DNA of 62,481 nucleotides, counting the filler, from Anaerolineae bacterium (GTDB lineage: Bacteria; Chloroflexota; Anaerolineae; Epilineales; Epilineaceae): the NCBI GenBank assembly GCA_029262755.1. It is 6 parts of 6 records of this genome, joined end to end, with 100 filler letters (N's around TTAATTAATTAA, not from the genome) between each part and the next. Parts side by side here need not be neighbours in the genome. Positions count along the whole stretch, not along the records: positions 1 to 28,839 come from JAJCYU010000084.1; 5 more parts are not named here. One strand, written 5' to 3'. The notes under the pieces were generated by a model, which was not told where the DNA came from, ran no database searches, and saw only the letters and a list, made by a program, of their open reading frames with translations. Positions 14,965 through 23,075 of this stretch are shown in pieces (the first letter of the stretch is position 1; each line of letters starts with the position of its first letter). A program made the translations under genes and the position numbers.

Positions 14965-15744
14965 TCACCCGCCATACCACCGTCGCGGTAGCCACGGCGC
15001 GCGAACTCCGTAGTCGGCGACGGTCACCGGCCACAAGAGCCACACGAGGCCGAGCAGGGGTTGGAAGAGCGGGAAGTAGCCGTAGTCCGCCCCAAAGTGA
15101 CGCCACACCGTGCTGCCGATCAACCCTGGTTCGAGCACGGAGATCGTTCCCACGACCAGCGTCAGCGCCGTCTCGACGCTGAGCAGTGCAACGCTCGTCC
15201 ACCACGCCCACGGCCGACGCACCGCGAAGCCGATCGTAGCGCCCAAGTACAGGAGTGAAGCGAGGAGAGAGAGCCCCGCCCCCGTCTGCCACACCACGCC
15301 GTCTTTCAAGAGCAGCCGGTAGAGCGCCCGGACGCCGGTGGAAAGCGCGAGGACGGGATAGCTCACGGCCAACACGTAGCGCGCCACGCTTGCCAAGTCC
15401 GACAGGATGCCCGCGGTCGGCGTATCATGGCCGTCGGCGGCAGTGACGGCGGGATCGTCCGGGCCACCAAGGTCAGTGGCTGCGACGGGGACGTCCGTCA
15501 CGTCGTGATCGCTCCGCGCGATCCGATCGGCCACGGGAACCGTATTGGCCACCGGAGCACGTTCGTCCGCCGAAGGATCGACGGCCCGGGAAGGGCCGTC
15601 CGTCGCGACCACGGCGCCCTCCCGTCTCGCAGCGGCCCGCGCCGTTCGATCGCCGGCCGGGTCAGCGGTGGCACCGCGACCCTCGCGCGCCTTGCTCGCA
15701 CCCTGCCCCTGCTTCTGCTCTTGCTTCCGCTTGGAATCGGCCAT
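14965..15744 (-). CDS. Hypothetical membrane protein (disordered N-terminus, about 4 C-terminal TM helices)
   Basis: Hydrophobic helices and a [19 protein letters not shown] segment. An extended -10 box TGGTATTAT lies 8 nt before ATG 15744. Confidence 0.7.
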   Translation of the reverse strand: MADSKRKQEQKQGQGASKAREGRGATADPAGDRTARAAARREGAVVATDGPSRAVDPSADERAPVANTVPVADRIARSDHDVTDVPVAATDLGGPDDPAVTAADGHDTPTAGILSDLASVARYVLAVSYPVLALSTGVRALYRLLLKDGVVWQTGAGLSLLASLLYLGATIGFAVRRPWAWWTSVALLSVETALTLVVGTISVLEPGLIGSTVWRHFGADYGYFPLFQPLLGLVWLLWPVTVADYGVRAPWLPRRWYGG

Positions 15745-15869
15745 GGCCCGCGATAATACCATCGGGGGGTCGCCAACATACGGCGCGAAATCGCACCTGC
15801 CGGTCCGATTTGCGTTCCGCCGGCGTGCGGACTGGCACGCCGGCGGCGTCGCCATCATCATTCCCTGCC

Positions 15870-16421
15870 ATGCTTCAAGAACTGCTAAAGAGCCTTCAAG
15901 AGTTTCTGTACCAGTTGGGCGATCGGCTGGCCGGCGGGCCGACGCTAACCCCGCAGGCTGCCAGCTTCATCGGCGTCGGCGCGCTCGTGCTTGCCGTATC
16001 GACCCTCGCCGTTGCGCTGATCGCGCTGCGGCGTGCAACCCGGATGCGCCGGCACTACGAGACGTTGATGACCGGCTCCGGCGGCTCGCGCTTGAGCGAC
16101 GCGCTCGAGCACGTGATCGGCCGGCTGGACGCCGTCGAGCAGCGCGCCTCCAAGGTCGGGCACCACGCACGCAGCATCGACGTCGGCCTCGAGTCCGCCG
16201 TCCAGCGCGTGCGCCTCGAACGGTATGACGCTTCGGGTGACGGCGCGCCGAACAGCTTCTCGCTAGCCCTGCTCGACGCCCACGACAACGGCATCGTCCT
16301 GACCGCCTTGGCGGGTAGGGACCGCACCCGTGTCTACGCCAAGCCTATACAGGCGGGTCAAAGCGAGCACGGTCTCTCGGAGGAGGAACAACGCGCCTTG
16401 CGCGGCGCGGACGCCTCCTAA
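15870..16421 (+). CDS. DUF4446-family membrane protein
   Basis: TM helix and coiled coil, then RYDA...[28 protein letters not shown]...LSEEE. Confidence 0.85.
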   Translation: MLQELLKSLQEFLYQLGDRLAGGPTLTPQAASFIGVGALVLAVSTLAVALIALRRATRMRRHYETLMTGSGGSRLSDALEHVIGRLDAVEQRASKVGHHARSIDVGLESAVQRVRLERYDASGDGAPNSFSLALLDAHDNGIVLTALAGRDRTRVYAKPIQAGQSEHGLSEEEQRALRGADAS

Positions 16422-16541
16422 GGGCCGTTCGAGCGCCTGAAGCTCGGGTTCGCGTCCCGCTCGGCAGCGAGTAGGCTCGCTGCGTTCCGCATGTCCCGGC
16501 AAACAGCCCGTACTCTTAAACCCCGGTGGCCCGGTAACACC

Positions 16542-16576
16542 AGTGGCCCCGGCGAATTGAATTCGCCGGGGCCACT
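16542..16576. repeat. Perfect 35-bp palindrome with 17-bp arms
   Basis: AGTGGCCCCGGCGAATT-G-AATTCGCCGGGGCCACT, read directly. Confidence 0.95.
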
Positions 16577-16780
16577 CGGTCCCCCCACCGTACGGTGACG
16601 CTTGGCACGCGAGGTGCGGGCGCCGCCGGTAGACATCTATTGGTTGAACGCACGGCAACTTGGTGCGTTGAGCAACCGGTTCACCCGATCGCGAGAAGTT
16701 CTCACGGGACGCTCATCCCGTCGCTTCGCACCTACTAACGCAAGTTGCGCGACGGAAGATACGGCCCCCGGCACCGAGTG
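16573..16780. ncRNA. Putative structured ncRNA, ~208-nt rod (6S-like candidate; strand unresolved)
   Basis: Nested complementary pairs CACTCGGT/ACCGAGTG, CCGTA/TACGG, AGGTGCG/CGCACCT, GGTTG/CAACC and AACGCAC/GTGCGTT, plus a side hairpin ACGGGA/TCCCGT. Lies in a gap with no credible ORF. Confidence 0.5.
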
Positions 16781-16884
16781 ATCTCTATGTGTTCATCCAA
16801 CACCTCACCCAATGCGCGCCCGTCGCCCACCCGACGCTTACCCCACGCACCCTCGCCGACCGCGGAATTCTGCCTTCAGTGCGG

Positions 16885-16914
16885 TTGACCAGCCATTTCG
16901 CGGCGCCCTATACT
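16885..16914 (+). promoter_or_regulatory. Sigma70-type promoter of the M23-bactofilin operon
   Basis: TTGACC-N18-TATACT upstream of the AGGAG SD and GTG 17008. Confidence 0.7.
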
Positions 16915-17007
16915 GCCTTCGCCCCTTCTGATTCCATCGCACCCATTGGCGGCGTGTGTCCGCCGATCACCGCTACCGCCCCGCCGCTCCGGAGTAGGAG
17001 ACGCACC

Positions 17008-17997
17008 GTGGCGACGCGTTGGTCCAAACCGACCGACACTGCATGGACCATCCGCCTGCCGCGCGCCCTGGCGCTGCTGCTGGCGCTCGGCGCGTTGGCC
17101 GCTCTGGTCGGCGTCGGCGTGCTCTACGAGGAAAATCGCGCCCTGCGCGCGGATCTGGCCGAGTTGGCCGAAGAAACCGAGGTGCTGCGGGAACGAGAGC
17201 GCTTGCTGACCTCGACGATCGCGGAGCAACACGGCGAGATCCAGGGCCATCTGGACGACGCGGAGGCGCTCCGCTTCCGCCTCGAGACCGTGGAGCTCCA
17301 GCTCGACGGGGTCGAACGCATCGGCCGGGAGTTGCGCGTCGAGTTCGGGTTGGCCGATGCTCCGGCCAGCGGCGCCCCGCGCGGTGGCCCCTTCGATGGT
17401 GCTGTGTCGCTCACCGATCGCGGCGACTTGGCGCGCCGAAGGCTGGCCGTCGGTCTTTCCGAGCTGCTCGGCCTACGCGATATGATGCGCGCCCGCCATG
17501 CAGCGGAAGCCGCGGCCGCCGCACGCGACGCAGCCGGCGACCCCCCCGCAGCCGCCGTCATGCCTGTGCCCCACGTCGCCGAGATTCCCGCCGGCTGGCC
17601 GGTGCCCAACGTCACCCAATTGAGCTCGGGCTACGGCTGGCGCATCTTCCGCGGCCGACCGAACTTCCACACCGGGCTCGACATCCCGCTTCCTCACGGC
17701 ACACAAGTCCGCGCTACGGGGGCGGGCACGGTAGTCGGCGCCGGATGGCAACCCGGCTACGGCCATAGCGTGCTCTTGCAGCATGCAGACGGTTACAATA
17801 CGCTCTACGCGCACTTATCCGGGCCACTGGTCCGGGTGGGGGAAGAAGTGCGTAGCCAGGATCCGATCGGGCTCTCGGGAAGCTCGGGGAACTCGACCGG
17901 ACCTCACTTGCACTACGAAATCTGGCGGGACGGCACTTTGGTCGACCCGACGGACCTGACCGGCGCATCGAGCGCCGGCGGGAACGCTGGGCGCTAG
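17008..17997 (+). CDS. Membrane-anchored M23 family peptidoglycan endopeptidase
   Basis: Short N-tail, TM helix, coiled coil, and LytM motifs HTGLD, YAHLS and GSSGNSTGPHLHYE. Confidence 0.92.
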   Translation: MATRWSKPTDTAWTIRLPRALALLLALGALAALVGVGVLYEENRALRADLAELAEETEVLRERERLLTSTIAEQHGEIQGHLDDAEALRFRLETVELQLDGVERIGRELRVEFGLADAPASGAPRGGPFDGAVSLTDRGDLARRRLAVGLSELLGLRDMMRARHAAEAAAAARDAAGDPPAAAVMPVPHVAEIPAGWPVPNVTQLSSGYGWRIFRGRPNFHTGLDIPLPHGTQVRATGAGTVVGAGWQPGYGHSVLLQHADGYNTLYAHLSGPLVRVGEEVRSQDPIGLSGSSGNSTGPHLHYEIWRDGTLVDPTDLTGASSAGGNAGR

Positions 17998-18026
17998 CGC
18001 GCCGCCGGTCAAGGAGAAGACAGTTT

Positions 18027-19370
18027 ATGGGCCTCTTCGGTCTTACACGTCGCGAGACGCCGACGGATAGCCTCGAAAACGTCATCGGACGCTCCACCTC
18101 GCTCCACGGCATCATCAAGAGTGACGGCGGAGCACGCATCGAAGGTCGCTTCGAGGGTCGCATCGAGGTCGCCGGCAACGTGGTCGTCGGCGAGGAAGGC
18201 ATCGTGGTGGGCGATATCTTCGCCCGCGACGTGACCATCGGCGGCACCGTCGAGGGCAACATCGAGGGCGCGGGCCGGCTCGAGATCCTCACTTCGGGCA
18301 AGGTTTTCGGCGACGTAACGGCCGCAGCGATCATGATCGACGAGGGCGGTCTCTTCGAGGGCATCAGCCGCATGCGCGGCGCCGCACGCAAGGCGCTCCC
18401 GGCTCCCATGGCTCCGGCACCGGTCGTCGACGACGTCGTGATCGACCTTAAGCGTCGCTCCGACGGCGTCAAGCGCACCGATGGCACAAAGAACGGCAAG
18501 GCGAACGGCAAGGCTGCACACCAACCGGACGTCGAGACAGGCGACGTCATCCTCGACCTCGGCGCCACGGTGGCCTCCCCGACGAAACCGACGACATCCA
18601 CGACATCCACGACATCGACGGACAGATCGGCGGCAGACACACCGACCACCGTCGCCAAGGCTGCCCCGACCGCGGCACCGGCGTCCTCGTCCTCCTCCTC
18701 CTCCTCCTCGTCCTCGTTACCGGCTTCGCCGGAGCCGTCGCCGTCCGCGGCAGACCGCTCAGACCACGGACTAGCGTCCAACATCGACGCAGCCACTGAG
18801 TCTGTTGCATCAACCGTGCCGGTTTCTCCAACGGCAACCACGAACACGTCAACCGATGCCGCCGCCGCGCAGCCGGCTGCCGGCAAGGCATCCACCAAAG
18901 CGGCCGCGCCTCGAATTTCACGCGCGGCCGCGCAACTGTGTGAGCAACAGGACCTCGACCCCCACGCCATCACCGGCACGGGCAGCGGCGGCCTGATCAC
19001 GAAGCTCGACGTACGACGCGCCATCGCCGCGCGCAAGAACGGCGCGCGCAAGAACGGAACGGGCGCTTCGAGCAACGCGCCTTCCGTCGCGCGCACGACC
19101 GATGACCGCCCGGCGGACAAGGGCGGCAACGCGGATGACGAGATCCAGATCGATATTGCGCCGGACGCGGGGCGCGCGCCGAAGACGCTCGACTTCAGCG
19201 CGCTCAACATCGAAGCCGTGATCCCGGACACGAGCCAGACGGCGCGCACCGTGGATTCCGACGACGCGGACGCTTCAAAGGAAGCGTCGAAGGCGTCGTC
19301 CTCGAACGCGACCTCGTCGCGCGCCGCAAAGCGCTCCTCCAACGACGCCACCCGCCGCAAGCGTCGCTAG
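18027..19370 (+). CDS. Bactofilin with a long disordered C-terminus containing an E3-binding (PSBD) domain
   Basis: Beta-helical bactofilin domain in residues ~15-115 (NVIGRSTSLHGII..DGGARIEG...IDEGGLFEG). ISRAAAQLCEQQDLDPHAITGTGSGGLITKLDV starts at residue 297. AAGGAG SD. Confidence 0.88.
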   Translation: MGLFGLTRRETPTDSLENVIGRSTSLHGIIKSDGGARIEGRFEGRIEVAGNVVVGEEGIVVGDIFARDVTIGGTVEGNIEGAGRLEILTSGKVFGDVTAAAIMIDEGGLFEGISRMRGAARKALPAPMAPAPVVDDVVIDLKRRSDGVKRTDGTKNGKANGKAAHQPDVETGDVILDLGATVASPTKPTTSTTSTTSTDRSAADTPTTVAKAAPTAAPASSSSSSSSSSSLPASPEPSPSAADRSDHGLASNIDAATESVASTVPVSPTATTNTSTDAAAAQPAAGKASTKAAAPRISRAAAQLCEQQDLDPHAITGTGSGGLITKLDVRRAIAARKNGARKNGTGASSNAPSVARTTDDRPADKGGNADDEIQIDIAPDAGRAPKTLDFSALNIEAVIPDTSQTARTVDSDDADASKEASKASSSNATSSRAAKRSSNDATRRKRR

Positions 19371-19380
19371 CGCCGCACCG

Positions 19381-19950
19381 ATGAACGATCGTCCAACACC
19401 GGACCGCGCCGCAGCCTGGGATCTCGTCACCTCCTACACCGAGAGCGACTCGCTGCGCCGGCACATGCTCGCCGTCGAGGCCGCGATGCGCGCCTACGCG
19501 AGCCACTGGGACGAGGACGTCGAGACCTGGGGCAACGTCGGCCTGCTGCACGACTTCGACTACGAGCGCTTCCCCGAAGAGCACCCGGAGTCCGGGCAGC
19601 CGATCCTCGCCGAGCACGGTTGGCCCGCCGAGGTCTGCCGCGCAGTCCTGTCCCACGCCCAACGCGAGGACACCCCGCGCCTCAGCCGCATGGAAAAGGC
19701 GCTCCACGCCTGCGACGACGTCACGGGCCTGATCATCGCCTGCGCGTTGGTCCGCCCGGATAAGGATCTACGCTCCGTAAAGCCCAAGAGCGTGCGCAAG
19801 AAGTGGAAGATCCGCGCCTTCGCCGCCGGCGTGGACCGCGACGAGGTCGACCGCGCCTGCGCCGACCTGGGCGTGGACCGCGACGAGCACCTGGAAACGG
19901 TGCTGGCCGCGATGCAGGGCGCGGCCGAGGAACTGGGGCTGGCGGGCTAG
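19381..19950 (+). CDS. HD-superfamily (HDIG-type) phosphohydrolase
   Basis: LRRHMLAVEAAM, GLLHDFDYE, AVLSHA and FAAGVDR. Confidence 0.88.
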   Translation: MNDRPTPDRAAAWDLVTSYTESDSLRRHMLAVEAAMRAYASHWDEDVETWGNVGLLHDFDYERFPEEHPESGQPILAEHGWPAEVCRAVLSHAQREDTPRLSRMEKALHACDDVTGLIIACALVRPDKDLRSVKPKSVRKKWKIRAFAAGVDRDEVDRACADLGVDRDEHLETVLAAMQGAAEELGLAG

Positions 19951-20043
19951 GGCTGGCAGCAGGCGGGAACTGCACGGTCGGCGCACGTATGGAAGACGTG
20001 CATCGGGGCACCGCACTTTTCGAATCTCGGCCGAGCTTTGATA

Positions 20044-20076
20044 GTATACGCTACGTTATAATAACGGAGCGTATAC
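20044..20076 (+). promoter_or_regulatory. AT-rich palindrome covering the TATAAT -10 box and the SD of the ATPase gene (operator candidate)
   Basis: GTATACGCT-A-CGTTAT-A-ATAACG-G-AGCGTATAC. TATAAT at 20057-20062 and GGAG at 20066-20069. Confidence 0.65.
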
Positions 20077-20079
20077 AAC

Positions 20080-21483
20080 GTGTTTGTTGATCGACGACGT
20101 GAGTTGAAGCGTCTGGACGAGGCCTGGGCCTCGGATCAGGCCGAACTGTGGGTGGTGTACGGTAGGCGGCGTGTAGGAAAAACCGCCCTGCTGCGCCACA
20201 TGTTGGCCGACCGCCCTCACGTGTATTGGGTCGCAACACTTAGCTCCGACGACATGCTGCGTCGCGACTTCGCGGATGCGCTGGCTCGGAAGCCGGACGG
20301 CGACGGCACGCCGGTCGGCGTCCACTTCGACTCGTGGGAGGCCGGTTTCCTTGCCGCCGGCAGGATGGCGCAGGAGCGCCGGGTGGCGTTGGTGATCGAC
20401 GAGTATCCCTACCTCGTCGATAGCGCGGCCGGTGTGTCATCGGTGCTTCAGAAAGTATGGGACGAGCATTTGATGCACGGTAGGCTCATGCTGATACTCT
20501 GCGGTTCCTCGATGGGGATGATGGAGCGGGAAACCCTCGACTATGGCGCGCCACTCTACGGTCGTCGGACGGGCCATCTCAAGCTCGGCCCTCTACCCGC
20601 CGGGGCAGTGAAAGCGTTTGCTCCGCGCTGGAATCCTGGGGAGCATGTCACTGCCTTTGCCACGTTGGGCGGGATTCCCGCCTACTTGCGCCTATTGAAC
20701 GATGGCGAGTCTCTAATCAACAATTTGGACCGGCACGTCTTGGATCCGGATGGGTTGTTGCATCGGGAGCCGGAATTCTTGCTGCGACAAGAACTTCAAG
20801 ATCCGCGCAACTATTTCGCGGTGCTGCAGGCTGTAGCCGGCGGTCGCACGCGCCTCAACGACATCGCCCAAGCTGTGGGCATGCCGGGCACGTCAGCCAA
20901 TCGCTATCTTACGACCCTACGCGAGCTGGGTTTGGTCGAACGAAGCGTCCCGGTCACGGAGACCCGTCCCGCCAAGAGTCGTCGCGGCATCTATCGGGTA
21001 TCGGACCCCTTCCTCCGGTTCTGGTTTCGTTTCGTCGGCCCTCGGCGGACCCTCCTCGAGGCGGGCCGAACCGCCGCGGTGCGTCGCGAGGTGGAAGAGG
21101 GCTTGCCGCAATTCGTCGGTCCGACGTTTGAGCAGCTATGCAGGGACTGGCTCGCCGCGGCCCAAGACGTCGGTGGAGAGGTGGGGCCGCTTGAGCGAAT
21201 CGGTTCCTGGTGGCAACGCGACCACGAGATCGACGTGGTCGGCGTGGGTCGAGAGAGCCTCGTTGTCGGCGAATGCAAGTGGAGCGTCCGGCCGATCGGC
21301 GTGTCCGTGCTCGCCGATTTGGAGAGGGCCTCCGAGCCTTTGACGGCAAAGGAACAACCGATGCGGGTACGCCAACTGCTCTTCTCTCGCTCGGGCTTCA
21401 CCCCGGCGCTGACGCGCCTCGCTGCATCGCGCGACGACCTTCGGCTTGTGGACTTGGACGAGGTTCTCGATGGACTCGCATGA
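20080..21483 (+). CDS. Archaeal-type AAA ATPase with wHTH and C-terminal DUF234 (PD-(D/E)XK-like) domain
   Basis: FVDRRREL, Walker A YGRRRVGKT, Walker B VIDEYPYL, LCGSS, DPFLRFWFRFV, GPTFEQ and EIDVV...GECKW. Confidence 0.9.
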   Translation: MFVDRRRELKRLDEAWASDQAELWVVYGRRRVGKTALLRHMLADRPHVYWVATLSSDDMLRRDFADALARKPDGDGTPVGVHFDSWEAGFLAAGRMAQERRVALVIDEYPYLVDSAAGVSSVLQKVWDEHLMHGRLMLILCGSSMGMMERETLDYGAPLYGRRTGHLKLGPLPAGAVKAFAPRWNPGEHVTAFATLGGIPAYLRLLNDGESLINNLDRHVLDPDGLLHREPEFLLRQELQDPRNYFAVLQAVAGGRTRLNDIAQAVGMPGTSANRYLTTLRELGLVERSVPVTETRPAKSRRGIYRVSDPFLRFWFRFVGPRRTLLEAGRTAAVRREVEEGLPQFVGPTFEQLCRDWLAAAQDVGGEVGPLERIGSWWQRDHEIDVVGVGRESLVVGECKWSVRPIGVSVLADLERASEPLTAKEQPMRVRQLLFSRSGFTPALTRLAASRDDLRLVDLDEVLDGLA

Positions 21484-21633
21484 GACACGTGCACGGGTCG
21501 TGGATTCGATCACGGAGGTACGAGAGCGAGTATTGCGCCCCGAAAACACGACGCCTTCGACGACTTCGCAGACCGGCGGCAGCAGCCCTAAGTCCGCCCC
21601 GCTGTGGCGGTGGCCGAAGATGGAGGACCGCAC

Positions 21634-22917
21634 ATGAACGCATCCGCTTTCCCCCGCCTCCTCCTCGGCACCACCGAGGGCCTGCTCGCCCTCCACCTCG
21701 ATCCGGCCGCCGAGCCCGCCGCCGCCGGCTGGACCACCGCGGCCGTGCTGTGGCGCGGCCACGATGTGCGCGCCGTGGTCGTCGATCCGGACGAGCCCCG
21801 CCGCGTGCACGCCGCGGCCGCCGGCGACGGCGTGTACCGCAGCGAGGACGGCGGAAGCACGTGGGAGCGCTACCTGCACGCCGAGCCCCACGTCCTCGTC
21901 GTGCGCTACGATCGGCCGGAACTGCTCTACCTGGGCGCCGAGCCGGCCGCCGTGTATCGCTCGACCGATTACGGCGACCATTGGACGGCCCTGCGACTCG
22001 ATTCGCTCGGCATCGTCCCCGCGTCGAGAGCCGCGCTCTTGCCCGAAGGGACGCAATCCGCGGTGGCTGACGCCGCAACGTCGGACGCGGCGCCGCCGCC
22101 CCTGTCGCCCGCGCCGTCGTCGTCCGCGAGGAAGCCCTCGCGCGCATCGAAATCGCCGTCGGCCCCTGAGTCAGCCACGTCCACCCCCATACCCTCGGCC
22201 CCCACTAGGCGACCATCCGAACGCTTGCCGGTACCATCGCCGGCCGAAGCCGTCGATAATCGCGACGACGCCGTACGCATCCTGTGTATCGAGCCCTCGA
22301 ACGGCGCCGTGATCTACGCCGGCCATGCGGCGGGCGGCATCGAGGCGACCTTCGATGGCGGTCGGACGTGGACGGCGATGGCTACGGAGGGCCTGCCGGC
22401 GCCCATCCGGTGCATGCTCGCCGGCGTCGGTGAAACGGAAGCGCTGCTCGCCGGCACGGAGCGCGGCCTCGTGCGCTCCGACGATCATGGCTTTCGCTGG
22501 CAGCCCGATGGCTACGGTATCGAGGGCGACGTCGTGACCGCGCTCGCGCGCGTCGGCGACACCTTGCTCGCCGCGGCCGTTGTGCGAGCTGCGACGGAGG
22601 AATCGACGTCGAGTCCATCCCACTCGCACCCGCACCCGCACCCGCTCCCGCCCCCGCGCACGCGCTTCTATCACCGTCCGATCGGGGCGCCGCGTTGGTG
22701 GCCCGGCACGGAGCCCGAGCTCGGCACGGTGCCGGACATCGTGGTCGCGCCCGCGGGGGCGCCCGGCTCGCTGTCGGGTGCGGTCTTCGCCGCCACATCG
22801 ACCGGAACATTGCTGCGCAGCGTGGACGCCGGGCGGTCGTGGACCGCGATCGCCCGCGCCTTGCCGTCCGTAACCAGCTTGGCCTGGCAGCCTGCGCCGT
22901 GGTCGGACCCGTCCTGA
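21634..22917 (+). CDS. BNR/Asp-box beta-propeller (sialidase/VPS10-like) protein
   Basis: Repeated Asp-boxes SEDGGSTW, STDYGDHW, TFDGGRTW, SDDHGFRW and SVDAGRSW. GGAGG SD. Confidence 0.85.
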   Translation: MNASAFPRLLLGTTEGLLALHLDPAAEPAAAGWTTAAVLWRGHDVRAVVVDPDEPRRVHAAAAGDGVYRSEDGGSTWERYLHAEPHVLVVRYDRPELLYLGAEPAAVYRSTDYGDHWTALRLDSLGIVPASRAALLPEGTQSAVADAATSDAAPPPLSPAPSSSARKPSRASKSPSAPESATSTPIPSAPTRRPSERLPVPSPAEAVDNRDDAVRILCIEPSNGAVIYAGHAAGGIEATFDGGRTWTAMATEGLPAPIRCMLAGVGETEALLAGTERGLVRSDDHGFRWQPDGYGIEGDVVTALARVGDTLLAAAVVRAATEESTSSPSHSHPHPHPLPPPRTRFYHRPIGAPRWWPGTEPELGTVPDIVVAPAGAPGSLSGAVFAATSTGTLLRSVDAGRSWTAIARALPSVTSLAWQPAPWSDPS

Positions 22918-23075
22918 CTTCGATCTCACCACGTCAGGCCATACCCTCTTCGGCCGTTCGTGCGTCCTGACGAGCGATCACGCGCAGCACTGCGCCTTCG
23001 CCACCCCAGCGCGCGTATCCCAACGCCCACGACCTACTTGCGACCCCTCGCGCCCCCCACAGCTTGGAGTCCGTG

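Noticed and set aside
16422..16790. Intergenic structure as tmRNA, SRP RNA, RNase P RNA or tRNA
   Set aside because: No T-loop/CCA end, no SRP helix-8 motif and no GAGGAAAGTCC found on either strand.
17714..19360. 548-aa minus-strand ORF and other long overlapping ORFs (e.g. 30712-32103, 10720-11952)
   Set aside because: Shadows of well-supported genes on the opposite strand or in another frame.
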